Below are positions 29,569 to 42,755 of a stretch of 64,000 bases of DNA, one piece after another. Origin of the DNA: Octopus vulgaris (taxonomy: Eukaryota); NCBI GenBank assembly GCA_951406725.2, contig OX597821.1, forward strand, positions 3,534,001-3,598,000, written 5' to 3'. Below the pieces are notes generated by a model. The model saw nothing but the letters and a program-made list of their open reading frames with translations. It was not told the origin of the DNA and did no database searches. Position numbers and translations under genes: made by a program. Position 1 is the stretch's first letter; each line of letters begins with the position of its first letter.

Positions 29569-30469
29569 TAACACACAGGCATTAATACACATACACACAC
29601 ATCTATGTATGTATGGGTGGATGGATGTCTGTATATATGTACATCTGTCCACTTCTTGCCATATTTTTATCCTTCACTTCCTACACACACACACACACAC
29701 ACTCTCTCTCACACACACACACTCTCTCTCACACACACGCACACACACACACCTTCTTAGCTTACAATTTTCTTTCAACTATTGACACTGACATATATGT
29801 ATGTTTGCGTGTCTATGTGTGTAAAGAGAAAGTGTGTTAATAGACGGAGTAAAGCCTTTGAAGTGAGAGAGGGAAATCGTAATATATTGAGTTTTTTCAA
29901 ATTCTTGCTTAATTGGGGGTCAAATTGAAAGAAATTTATATTCCATGACCGAATCGAATCTACTTCGAAAAATCATAGGTAAATTCTAATTGAAGAAATT
30001 CTATATTGTAGAATTGTATTAAAAAGGAACATGGGAACAGGCAGAGAAAATCTGCCTTTTATCATAAGAGATATAAATATTTATCCATTTCTATTAATAT
30101 AGAATAATAATCAGCTAGTAAATGGTGATTTATTTTACTGAGTTGAATTAAAAGAAACTGTTAGACATAATATTTACTAACTGTGGAAAAAAAAAAACTT
30201 TATCAATTTAGCACATATATCAGGAGTTAATAAGATATAGTAAAAAGTAATGGAAGGGAGGTAATCAAGATGAACCAAGTGATTTCCCCAGATATATAGA
30301 ATTTTTTGCAATACTATATAGGAGAGTATCAAAAAATTCTTGGCAGTGGCTCTAAATATTTTTTTGTTTACATAGGACAGAAATGTGTATGCTTATGTGT
30401 GAGTATTTTAAAGGAAGATTCGATGAGAGGCTCTTCTCAGTATCCTTCAACCTAAATTCATTCCTATGT

Positions 30470-30560
30470 ATTGGGCTGCACTCGTGGCTATAGCAGAGAA
30501 AACTCACACAAGGTGCCAGGCAGTGGGACTGAACCCGGAAGCATGTAGTTGCGACTCACG
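30470..30560 (-). mobile_element. SINE family A head fragment
   Basis: ggctatagcagagaaaact..aaggtgcca..cagtgggactgaacccgg. Confidence 0.65.
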
Positions 30561-31695
30561 ATTCTTAATGATATTTCTAAATATGTAGGCATATACATAT
30601 ACATAGTGCTTATGTGCATGCTTGCGCGTGAGTGGAAGTATACAGAAATTATGTACGTGTGTGTGTGTGCCTATGTGTGTGTTTCTGCGCCTTTGTCTGT
30701 CTGTGTGTCTCTCTGTCTATGTGCGTGCGTGTATATGTATGTATGTATATGTATTGCTCTACACTCGCGCAGTCACATGTACATGTTATTATACATATAG
30801 ATATTTATGAATGCGCACCTTTTTTTTCTTTACGTATGCGTACATTTTTATGCACACACCTCCCTAAACACATCGCTTTTGGTCTTTAATAATATTAATC
30901 TTATTCGTACATTGTGAATATAAAAAAAAAACGAGAAAAATAACACAAAATTCACCGAACATGGAAATCGTATCTGAGCAAATCGATTCGTCTTAAAAGA
31001 AAATATACAAACATACCATGAAAAATCACTGAGCAACAATGCTATTAATGAATAGATCAATAACATATCAATATCATGAGTTGTAAAATATGTAATAAGG
31101 GAAATAGTCATTAAATAACATTTGTAGCTAGAAATTTTTTGAAACAAAAATTTTGAAACAATGTATGGTATATGTTTTTCATATAATCTCCTAAGAGTCA
31201 GGCAAAAAAAAATCCTGAAGAAATACAATACACAATATATTAAACGTAAATTCAGTAGTGTAGGTTTGGAATATATAAATGTTTGATTGTGACCCTCATG
31301 TTTATACATGTGAACAACAATAGACTATAATAAAGCAAAATGAATCGGCAAGAATTTACGTTAAGTTTGCACAACGGTAATATACACAGACACACGTAGA
31401 CACACACAGACACTTACGTAAATATTTAATCATATATGCATCTATATATAAGTATATACACATATAAACAGACATTTATACATAACATATTCACTATATA
31501 TTTTCTTTTGTTGATTCTATAATATTTTTTACTATATAATACACGCTCATACAATACATCTGTGTGTGTGTGTGGAGAGAAAGAGAAAGCACGTGCGTGA
31601 TCACATAACAAGACTAAGTGTTCACACAAATGAATATATAACTGATTGTGCATATTTGTACATACGTTTGTAGGTTATATATATATATATATATA

Positions 31696-31735
<40 letters not shown>

Positions 31736-32029
31736 GACTGACAGACAGACAGACAGAGACAGAGAGATAGATTGATATAGATTGGCAGACAGACACAGAC
31801 AGATAATTGCACCACGCCTTTTCTCAGGCTTGTGCATTATATCTATACAATAAAATTTACATTTATATGTTTTTACAAAGTGTGACGCACAGCTAGAAAC
31901 ACAGGCACACAAACGCGCACACGTATTTAAGCAGCGTCAAAGTCGTTTAGCAGTACAAGTCCGCAGGATAATTCTACTAAATCTTATAAATCATATAAGC
32001 AACATCATACTTCCTCTCATATGTTAATG

Positions 32030-32690
32030 TATAGGTTTCAAATTTTGGCACAGGTCCAGAAATTCTGGGCGATGGGATAAATTGATTACATCGACACCAA
32101 TGCTTACCTGGTACTAATTCTTATTTCTTTACTACCCACAAGGGGCTACACACGGAGGGGACAAACAAGGACAGAAAAACAGATTAAGTCGATTATATCG
32201 ACGCCAGTGCGTAACTGGTACTTATTTAATCGACCCCGAAAGGATGAAGGGCAAAGTCGACCTCTGCGGAATTTGAACTCAGAACGGAGAGGCAGACGAA
32301 ATATCGTTAAGCATTTCGCTCGGGGTGCTAACGTTTCTGCCAGGTCACCATCAGCTTCGAAAGGATAAAAGGCAAAATTGACCTTGGGGACAACTGAACT
32401 CAGGAAGCAAAAACGGACGAAAGGCTACTTAGCATTTTCCCTGCCCAGTAACGATTCTGCCAGTTAGCTGCCTAATTTGTAGCTAAATTACTTTTAAAAT
32501 GAAAAGCTGTTAGCTGGCAGAAACATTACGGGCGGAGTTAAATTCCGTCGAGGCCGATTTTGCCTTTCATCACTTCGGAGTTGATAACATAAGTATCAAT
32601 TTTACACTGGGGTCTATGTATTTGACTTACCCCGCCTCTCCGAAATTGTCGGCATTTTGCCAAAATTTGAAAGCAATATTAGTTTCCAGC
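32030..32690. mobile_element. Cluster of SINE family D pieces in both orientations
   Basis: Full minus copy ~32120-32350, degenerate minus pieces on either side, plus-strand copy ~32510-32680. Confidence 0.8.
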
Positions 32691-32878
32691 TGTGACACAA
32701 GACCAGTCAAGTTAAGGTCGGGTCTTTAATATTCTAATTATATCTGATCCGTAATCAAAACATTGGTTTTATATCTTAGCATAAAGCCAGAAATATCGCC
32801 TGAAGGGGCGACGCTGCATGCAGGAACATAAAATAAATTTCTTATGCAAAATATTTTCAGTATAGTACTCAAGTATTA

Positions 32879-32914
<36 letters not shown>

Positions 32915-32920
32915 CTTATA

Positions 32921-33392
32921 AAATAAGGGCAAAATAAAAATTATAATGCCAAATATGCCGAAAAAAAGACAAAATTCTCAATAGCCATTATAATTTATGC
33001 GTCTCGAAACAAGCCAATAGAAATTTCTAAAAAATCCGTTATTACCGTATTGGTCCCAATTTCGGTGTTAATTCATAAGAATTTTCCCCTCTTCAGCGAT
33101 AAATACTTAAGACATAAATGAAATACTTACTCATATTTGGGGTACTTAGGTTTGCTCAGGACTTAGTGCTTGCTTTTTCCATGGGTATGAGTAAGTATTT
33201 CATTTATGCCTTACGTATTTATCGTTGAAGAGGGGAAAATTCTTATGAATTAACCCCAAAATTGGGACCAATACGGTAATAATGGATTTTTTAGAAATTT
33301 CTATCGGCTTGTTTCGAGACGCACACATTATAATGGTTATTGACTATTTTGTCTTTTTTTCGGCATTAGGATTTTTCTTTTGCCCTTCTTTT
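32921..33392. repeat. Long palindrome (~210-bp arms, ~50-bp spacer) with a hammerhead-like core in each arm
   Basis: Arms ~32921-33135 and 33187-33392; composite tatcg-CTGAAGA-gggg..cccc-GAAA-ttgg. Confidence 0.85.
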
Positions 33393-33487
33393 ATCTGTTA
33401 TTGATAATTTTAACCTTTCAAGGTATTTTTGATATGCTGGCCATTGATAAAATTTATTTTCCGAAAAAATTTTCATTCTACTTTAAT

Positions 33488-33557
<70 letters not shown>

Positions 33558-33560
33558 TAT

Positions 33561-33695
33561 CCTGTTGTGTCTGGAGAGAATCATTTTTATTTTGTGCCTT
33601 ATAATGTAACGTTCACCGCGAAAATTTCCACTTTTGCCAGTGAGTGTTACGTTATAAGGCAGAAAAAGAAAATGAAACTCCCCAGAGACAACAGA
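33561..33695 (+). repeat. ~135-bp hairpin element between (TA)n tracts
   Basis: ctgttgtgtct..tgccttataatgtaacgttcac / gtgagtgttacgttataaggca..agagacaacag. Confidence 0.8.
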
Positions 33696-33749
33696 ATATG
33701 CTTCAACACAAGAACTCATATAAAGAATCCTGCAAATCAAACCCAAAAA

Positions 33750-34987
33750 CGATATATATACATATATAATATATACATGTATATATACATATATATACAC
33801 ATATATATACACACATATATATACATATATATGCATATATATATATACACATATATATACATATATACATATAGATAATATATATATACATGTACATAAA
33901 ATTATATATACATACATACATATATATATACATATATATATATACACATATATATATATACATATATATATACACAATTTATATACACATATATATATAC
34001 ACACATATATATATATATACATACACATATATATATATACATACACATATATATACATACATATATATATACATACAGATATATATATACATATATATAT
34101 ACACATATATATATATATATGCACATATATATACACAGATTCATATACACGTATATATATATACACATATACATACACACATATATATACATATATATAT
34201 ATATACACATACACATAATATATGCACATATATATATATATACACACACATATATATACACATATATATATACACACATATATATACACATATATATATA
34301 TATACACATATATATACACTCATACATATACACATACATATACATATACACATATACATAGATATACACATATACATACATACATATATACAAACATACG
34401 TACATACTTATATATATACATACATATATACATGCATATATATATACATACATACATATAGGCATATACACATATATATACACATATACACATATATATA
34501 TACATATATATGCATATATATATATACACACATATACATATATATACATATATATATATACACACATCTATACATATATGTACATACATATATACATACA
34601 TATATACATATATACATAAAAACATATATACATACATATATACATACATATATACATATATACATACATATATACATATATACATACATATATACATACA
34701 TATATACATATATACATACATATATATATACATATATACAAACATATATACATACATATATATATATACATATATGCGTACATATATACATACATATATA
34801 CATATATACATATATATATATATACATATATACATACATATATACATACATATATATATATATATACATACATATATACATACATATACCCATACATATA
34901 TACATACACATATATATACATATATACATACATATATACATACATATATACATATATACATATATATATATATACATATACCCATCC

Positions 34988-35045
<58 letters not shown>

Positions 35046-35188
35046 GTACATATATACATATATATACATATATACATACATATATACATACATATATATA
35101 TATATACATATATACATATATATATATATATACATATATACATATATACATATACGTATACATATACATATTCATATATACATATACA
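33750..35188. repeat. ~1.4-kb degenerate (TA)/(TACA)/(TATACA) microsatellite array
   Basis: Seen directly; source of the 200-580-aa Y/I/H/T pseudo-ORFs. Confidence 0.95.
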
Positions 35189-36787
35189 CGGCATAAAAGG
35201 AAAATCTCATTCCTGAGAAACCTTGTGACATGCAATCAAGCTATATTCATGGCACTCACAGAAATGCATCTTGGACCCGATACAGGGGATGCAGAAATAC
35301 ACATACCGCAATATGCAGTCATACGCTCAGATATAATAGGGAGAAGCCATGGTGGAGTTGCAATGTACATCCGAGTTGACCTCACGCCCCATGTCCTATT
35401 GTCATATTCAAACTCAGTGTGTGACACTCGAATTGTACACATAAGACAACTGAATATCGCCATATGTACTAAATATCGCCCATCAGATGCCCCAAATCAC
35501 TCAGACATGTTTGAAGACTGCCTAACAAAAATAGGAGAATTCCTCACCAACCTTGAACAACACAACTGTGTATTCTTCATGTATGACTTTAACTTCCCCA
35601 ATGTGGACTGGACTGGGGGCAGATGCTCCCAGGGATGACACACCATCAGCAGGCACAGGCAGCGTCCCTGCTCCATCTCACAGATGCCTCTTTCATGGAG
35701 GAAATAGTTCTGCACCCAACAAGAGCAGATAATATAATGGATCGCTGCTTCACAAACAATATGGATATTATCCATAATGTTTAAAGTGATGCCGACACTG
35801 ATCTCGGATCACAACATAATAGAGTTGTCTATGTATGGACACACAGCCTATACGAAGCATCCACCATCTCTCCAACTTAAACTTTCATATAACAAACTGG
35901 AAGTTGATTGAGAAAGAGATCCTCAAACAGGATTGGCCTAAATGCCTCTCCACACCGGACATTAACATGAAACACAAACACTTCATGTCCATAATACAAG
36001 TCATATGTGACAAATATGTCCCAGTGTGCAGGGCCAGCATACACAAAAACAAAAACAGGATCCCTAGAGAAAGGAAGATTCTTATGAGACGACGGACAAG
36101 GATTGCGAACCGCCTGAGCAAGTCTCGGCTCGAGAGAATGCTAATGGAAATTGAGAAAAGTCTGCATCAGTCACATGAAAAGGAGAGAGCAGATAAAGAA
36201 GCTTGGGCAATAAAAAAATATAAAGTCAAACCCTAAAGCTTTCTGTAAGTTTGCCAAAGAGACAGCCACAGTGCACCAGAGAATAAGACCTCTCTTCCAA
36301 AGAGATGGCACTCACACAGGAAATCTCACGAGGATAGGTGAAATACTGAACGAACAGTTCCAAAGTGTGTTCACTACACCTCTAGGACACAGGCAAGTAA
36401 ACGACCCAGAAGAATTCTTTGCCACTTTACCTGCGGCCAAATAGGCAAAAATTGAGTACATCAACATTGAAGATGATGATATCACACTGGCCATAGATGA
36501 GATTGACACAAACTCAGCTGCTGGACCTGATGGATTTCCAGCGATTCTTCTCAAATCGTGCAAACGAGCACTTGCGAAACCACTACAGCTTTTCTTTTCA
36601 GAGCTTTCTTGCAAGTGGTAAGCTCCCAGTCAAATTGAAAGAGGGGGTAATATGCCCTATCCATAAGGGAGGTAGCAGAGTAGATGCAAAAAAATTATAG
36701 GCCTATCTCTCTGACCTCACACATCGGCAAAGTCATGGAACAAATAGTCCGCAAGAAACTAATCATGTTGCTTGAAGAAAATGACTT
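35189..36787 (+). mobile_element. CR1-group LINE ORF2 fragment (APE endonuclease to start of RT), degraded
   Basis: [37 protein letters not shown] (APE); AAGPDGFP..PIHKGG..YRPISLTSHIGKVME (RT start). Confidence 0.88.
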
Positions 36788-37149
36788 ATATATGTATGTA
36801 TATGTATGTTTGGGAGTCTGGCCCAAACCAAACTCCTAGCAACCGGTTTTCACTGCAGAGAGACCTGTTTGCGAATATGTATTTAAAGTTTTTCCCAGCA
36901 ACCACTGTCACTGATTTCGAAAAACTGTCTGAAAGCAATAATAAATCTCTGAACGAGATGTAAACAGGAACCGCTCGACAGCGTAAAGTATAATAGCCAT
37001 CTTAATATGGCTAACCAAAAAGGGTGGGTGTTACTGCTGCTTTTGACCCCAGGAGATCATCGTCTCCAGCTGGCTTTAGCCATATTGAGATAGCTAGTCT
37101 ACTTTACGTTATATATATACGTATGCATATATATATATATGTATGTATG

Positions 37150-37211
<62 letters not shown>

Positions 37212-37235
37212 TATATGTATGTACATATATATACG

Positions 37236-37274
<39 letters not shown>

Positions 37275-37665
37275 GTATATATATATATGCACATATATAT
37301 ATGTATATATATGTATATGTATATATATATGTATATATTTATATATATATATGTATATATCCTTCTGTTTTGCATATGTGAATTACAGGGTCTGTCATAC
37401 CCGGAGTCCAACTTTGATAGAAATAAGCATTCTTGACTGCTATTTCTATTTTTTCGGTATGCGGTCAAGCAACCTGTTTTGCCTGTCCCTTTTACTTATA
37501 TACAATATATATACTGAACTTTACAGAAGTTCCTGCCGGTAATCGGCTATATTTACATACCGAATTCTACCAGTAAATAATTGGGGTTTTTTAAAAGCCT
37601 TTATGGAAATTATTTACTCTTATCATTATATATATATATGTGTGTATATATATATGTATATACGT

Positions 37666-37770
<105 letters not shown>

Positions 37771-38439
37771 ATTATATATATAATTACAAATTGAGATAGG
37801 GGTTGTGAGTGCAACCCACCATGGGATAACATATATGCCAGTAAAGCACCCAACAAAGTTAATATATAAATGTTAAGAATTGCTATGCAATTAATTCAAT
37901 TATTGTATTATATGGGCGAAGGTAAAATGTTTTGCCACAAATTCATAATAAAAAATAAGAAAAAGGAGAAATACACCTTAATCAATAATCGACTACTACC
38001 AGATAATACCCATTCACATAATTTATTAACCAACTACATATGAACATCAAGGTCAAACACAATAATACAGAACAAAAGAGTGCACATCAATGAGTAATGC
38101 GTTACAATAAGTGCAATACGTATAAATACAACATCACACCACACTACACTACACCATACAACATTACACATCCCATCACAACACACCACCCACAGCACAC
38201 GGCCCACACACCCATCCCTACATCTTTACCCCCACACATACATACACATATCACATCACAACACACCATCCACACACCCATACCCACATCTCCATACCCA
38301 CACATACATACACACACACGTCCAGACCACTAGCCCACTTTCACACGTATATACATACTCTCTTATAAACACACGCACCTTTGTGTTGGGGGCACCTTCT
38401 GACCACTACCCGAAGTCAGAACGCCATTATAGATCGTTA

Positions 38440-38616
38440 GCTCCTACACTCATTTCTTTCTCTCCTTGTTTTTTTCTGTGTATCTTTCTGCCGAAGAGCG
38501 TAGGCTCGAAACGTAAAAGACTTGTTCTATTTCTATTCCTGAGCGCCATACTAATACATTTGTTTGTTTGTACTCCACCTGCTTTCGTCTTTTATTTATT
38601 TTTGCAAACCTTCCTG

Positions 38617-38617
<1 letters not shown>
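38440..38617 (+). mobile_element. Short repeat with minimal hammerhead-like motif (38483-38520)
   Basis: tcttt-CTGCCGA-a-GAGC-gtag-GCTC-GAAA-cgta-aaaga; same family as 56520 and 62355. Confidence 0.6.
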
Positions 38618-38667
<50 letters not shown>

Positions 38668-38831
38668 TTGAATCAGTCGTTTGCATCAGAATAAAAGAAT
38701 ATATATATATATATATAGATAGAGAGATACATTATACTATATATTCTATTATTCTCTTATATTTACACTTGTTTCAATCATTTAAATGTCACCAGAGAGA
38801 GAGGCAGACAAACAGAAAGACATACACAGGC

Positions 38832-38832
<1 letters not shown>

Positions 38833-38876
<44 letters not shown>

Positions 38877-38889
38877 TATAGATAGATAT

Positions 38890-38952
<63 letters not shown>
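38833..38952. repeat. (GATA)n microsatellite
   Basis: Seen directly. Confidence 0.95.
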
Positions 38953-38953
<1 letters not shown>

Positions 38954-40105
38954 AAAGACAGATAGATATTGTAATAGTGGTAAATATTTGCTCTTCCATT
39001 CTGGCCCTACCACATGTGTCTATCACAATAATTACGGATAATTGTATGGAACATATGTAGATCTTAATGCGTATTAATTTGCTTTTACTTTAACCACCCT
39101 GTAACAAATATCTAAAATTAATGTATCTCTCATTTTAACATAAATATTTCCGTAACAGATGAGTTTTGTTATCCGTTGTACAGCAAATTTCCAGGTATAG
39201 GTTAATTCACTTTTCAGTGTGTCTACTCGCAAAACATCTCAACGAAAAAAAAATTAATTATCTAGTATATATATATTTTTTATTTTACACAGGAGATATA
39301 TTTCATTTATAAGAATGATAGAAATATGTGCTTATACGCCTATGTTCTGTTATATTATTCTGTGAAATTCTATTTTAAAATTACCTTAAGTTTTATCAAT
39401 AAAAGAAGAAATATGTATCCAAAAGAATACGGTTCCATTAGAATTCTCGTGTGATTTCCGAGGCTTACGATTAAATTATTTTTTTTTTTTTAATGCCTAG
39501 TTTTATCAACGGATAAAATAAGAATGTTTGGAGGAAAAGCAAAACTTCCTGACATTATAAATATCGGTGTAAACATAACCAGCAATTTCTAAGTTACACC
39601 TGCCATCGTCTCCCCTTTCTTCATTATAAGAATTTTCGATTTCCCAAAAGAAATAAATACTACTCTCATTTATAGGTTCCAGGTATACAATATCTTAATC
39701 TCAACAAAAATTTTAAATCATTACCGATATGTTTAGAGAAGAGCCGATTTACAATCCGATAATGGTGCTAGAGGAGGATTAGTTAACTTAACTGAATTTC
39801 CCATGGTACGCGTGCTTTTATTAGTCATTCGCCATAATTTTGAGTGATACACAAGACGGGTAGATAAGAAGCCATGAGCAATCTGAATTTAGTGTAGCGA
39901 ACTCTAATTAACAGATATATAATCAAGAAAGTCCCAAAATACACGCGTGTGTGCATGCGCAGACGTGTAAGATAGAAGTGTATGTATCTATAAAGTTATG
40001 TCTGTACCAGTGTATGTGAGAACGTATTTATACATTCCTGTCAATGTGTGTATACAAGTAGTTATACATACATATATGTATACATTGATACATAGATACA
40101 TATAT

Positions 40106-40165
<60 letters not shown>

Positions 40166-40368
40166 GCATATATGTATGTATATGTGTAAGTATATCTACA
40201 TATATATATTTATATGTATATCTGTATTTCTGTATATATATATATATTATTTAAATATATAACAAAATTATTAAAAAAATATAATTAATATCACACATTA
40301 TATTTATATACAAATATATATATATACATATATATATATAAACATATATATATATATATACATTATAT

Positions 40369-40490
<122 letters not shown>

Positions 40491-40513
40491 CATACATATA
40501 TATACATATATAT

Positions 40514-41085
40514 CCTTAAATCCTTAAATCCTTAAAAATGTTTTAGCCCGAAGGCCGCGGCCATGCTGGGGCACCACCGCTGAATGAGCTACACTAGTTT
40601 GTGAATCCACCTCTGATACGTGTCACTTGATCAACAAGGGAGTTCGATGCTGCTGCCCGCATCCGTGCCTCCTGTCGTGAGGTAGGTTCATCTGGGACTC
40701 CCAACAAGAAGAGATCCAGTTTAGTTTTAAAGAAACCCACATCCACACCATGTAAGTCTCTCAGGCATTTAGGGAGGATGTTAAAAAGCTGTGGTCCTCT
40801 GAAACCCAAGCTGTTGCAGTATCTGGACCTGTATTTTGATGGTGATGTTGGTATCCTTGGCACCACGCAGCGGCGCCCCGTTCTGCGGTTGGAGTAACTT
40901 TGAATGCCAAAGTTTGGGACAAGACCCTCCAGGATTTTCCAGATGTATATCACTGCATATCTCTCCCACCTCCGCTCCAGGGAGTAGAGGTTTAATACCT
41001 TCAGAATTTCCCAGTAGCTGACATTTTGCATTGAGACGATTTTCTTTGTGTAGCTTCTCTGAGTTGCTTCGAGTTCTGCTTCGAG
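40514..41085 (-). mobile_element. CR1-group LINE 3' end with (TTTAAGGA)n tail
   Basis: LEATQRSYTKKI..SYWEILKVLNLYSLERR..GPQLFNILP..FKTKLDLFL..PDEP; 3' UTR motif gtgccccagcatggcc. Confidence 0.88.
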
Positions 41086-41117
41086 TATGCATATATATAC
41101 ATACACTAGGATACTAG

Positions 41118-42028
41118 TGAGCTGGACATAATATGCAGGTGGGCTGAAAAGAGTGGCGTGCAGTTCAATGCTGGAGAGTTTCACGCTCTATAAGGCTGGA
41201 TGCCGTGCCCAATGGGTACACTGGACCTGGGGTGACTGCAGTCTCGGAGGCACAATCGGTGCGGGACCTGCGTGCTTACATGAGTGGTGATGCAACCTTT
41301 CATGTGCATGTTGCTAGATTAGCATTGAAATGTGGGCGGCTGACCGGATGGATTCTTGGAACTTTCGGGGCAGGGGACCAGGAGACCATGATAATCCTGG
41401 GCCACTTTGACTGTTGCTCTCGGCTGTGGTCACCATCCGGTGTCAAGCTGATCACAGAACTTGAGGCGATCCAACGAGGCTGCACGGGGGGGATAGCCTC
41501 TGTGCAGCATATAAGCTATAGGAAAAGACCAAGAGATTGAGACTCTATTCCTTAGAGCGTAGATGAGAAAGATATGCCATAATATACATCTGGAAGATCC
41601 TAGAAGGAATTGTCCCAAACATTGGCATCGAGAGTTACACAAATGCCAGAACTGGGCGCCACTGCATAGTGCCAAGGACTCCAAATGTGCCATCAAGATG
41701 TAGGACGAGATACTGTGATAGCCTGGTCTTCCGAGGCCCACACCTCTTCAATATCCTCCCGAAGAACCTAAGAGACCTGCATGGGGTGGATGCAGATGTC
41801 TTTAAAATGAAACTGGATCTCTTTTTGTCAGGTGTCCCAGATGAACCAACTTCACGGCAGGAGGTGCAGATGAGGGCAGCTGCATCGAACTCTCTCAAGC
41901 ACCAAATGGCAGTTGCTAAAAAGCATTCGTGAAATAAAATCATGTAACAACACCAAATGGCGGTGCCCCAGCATGGCCACAGCTTGTGAGTTGAAACTAG
42001 ATAAATAAAAATAATAAAAAAATAAAAT
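41118..42028 (+). mobile_element. CR1-group LINE 3' portion (RT C-terminus to 3' UTR) with an A>G-rich segment
   Basis: ELDIICRWAEKSGVQFN..SVRDL..DCCSRLWSP..LEAIQR..GPHLFNILP..FKMKLDLFL..PDEP; same 3' UTR motif. Confidence 0.88.
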
Positions 42029-42122
42029 AATATATATATACAAAAATATATATAAACCTAACTTTACACCTTAATTCACATTTATGATTCATATTATTTG
42101 TAACCCCTTCCCTCCCGTTACC

Positions 42123-42165
<43 letters not shown>

Positions 42166-42229
42166 TTGTGTGTATGTGAGTGTGTGTATGTGTGTGTGTG
42201 TGTGTATCATAAAAGGAGCTTTGTTAAAT

Positions 42230-42480
42230 GCGACCTGCATCCAACCCTTTGTCTGAGTAATGAGTTCCACACTCCTTTACATAAACCCGTGTAGTACGAT
42301 GCGGGGCACCATTCTCGGGATAGGGTAATCGGCAGGATACGCGACATGTAATAGATGTAAAAAAATAATAATTTGGCAATGGATGTGGTACGCATTGCTT
42401 TGTTGCGGATAAATGTTTCTCATGAGGCTGACGAACCGAATACATATTTCCAGAAGGAAGATTATGCAATGATATATCTT
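42230..42480 (-). mobile_element. Possible piggyBac-like C-terminal cysteine-rich remnant
   Basis: HPLP..TCRVSC..NG..RTTRVYVKECGTHY loosely resembles the CxxC..RxTxxxCxxC domain; weak. Confidence 0.25.
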
Positions 42481-42587
42481 ACATATTTAGTGCCCCGCAG
42501 TAAATGCCAAAATCGATGTTAAATTTTCAAATATATAGAATGCTTTCTGTTATACAAATAATAATCATATAAAACAGCAGTTGGCAT

Positions 42588-42755
42588 GAAGGCGCAATGG
42601 CCCAGGGGTTAGGGCAGCGGACTCGCGGTCGTAAGGTCGTCGTTTCGATTAATAGACCGGGCATTGTTTGTGTTTATTGAGCAAATACATCGGGGGGGGG
42701 GGGCTGGTGAACCCCGCTGTACTCTTTAACCACAACTTTCTCTCATTCTTCCTTC
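42588..42755 (+). mobile_element. SINE family B 5' part
   Basis: gaaggcgcaatggcccaggggttagggcagcggactcgcggtc. Confidence 0.8.

Noticed and set aside
33890-35638. 582-aa ORF and overlapping 200-280-aa ORFs
   Set aside because: Stop-free microsatellite translation (Y/I/H/T) that happens to run in frame into a LINE endonuclease fragment; not a real protein.
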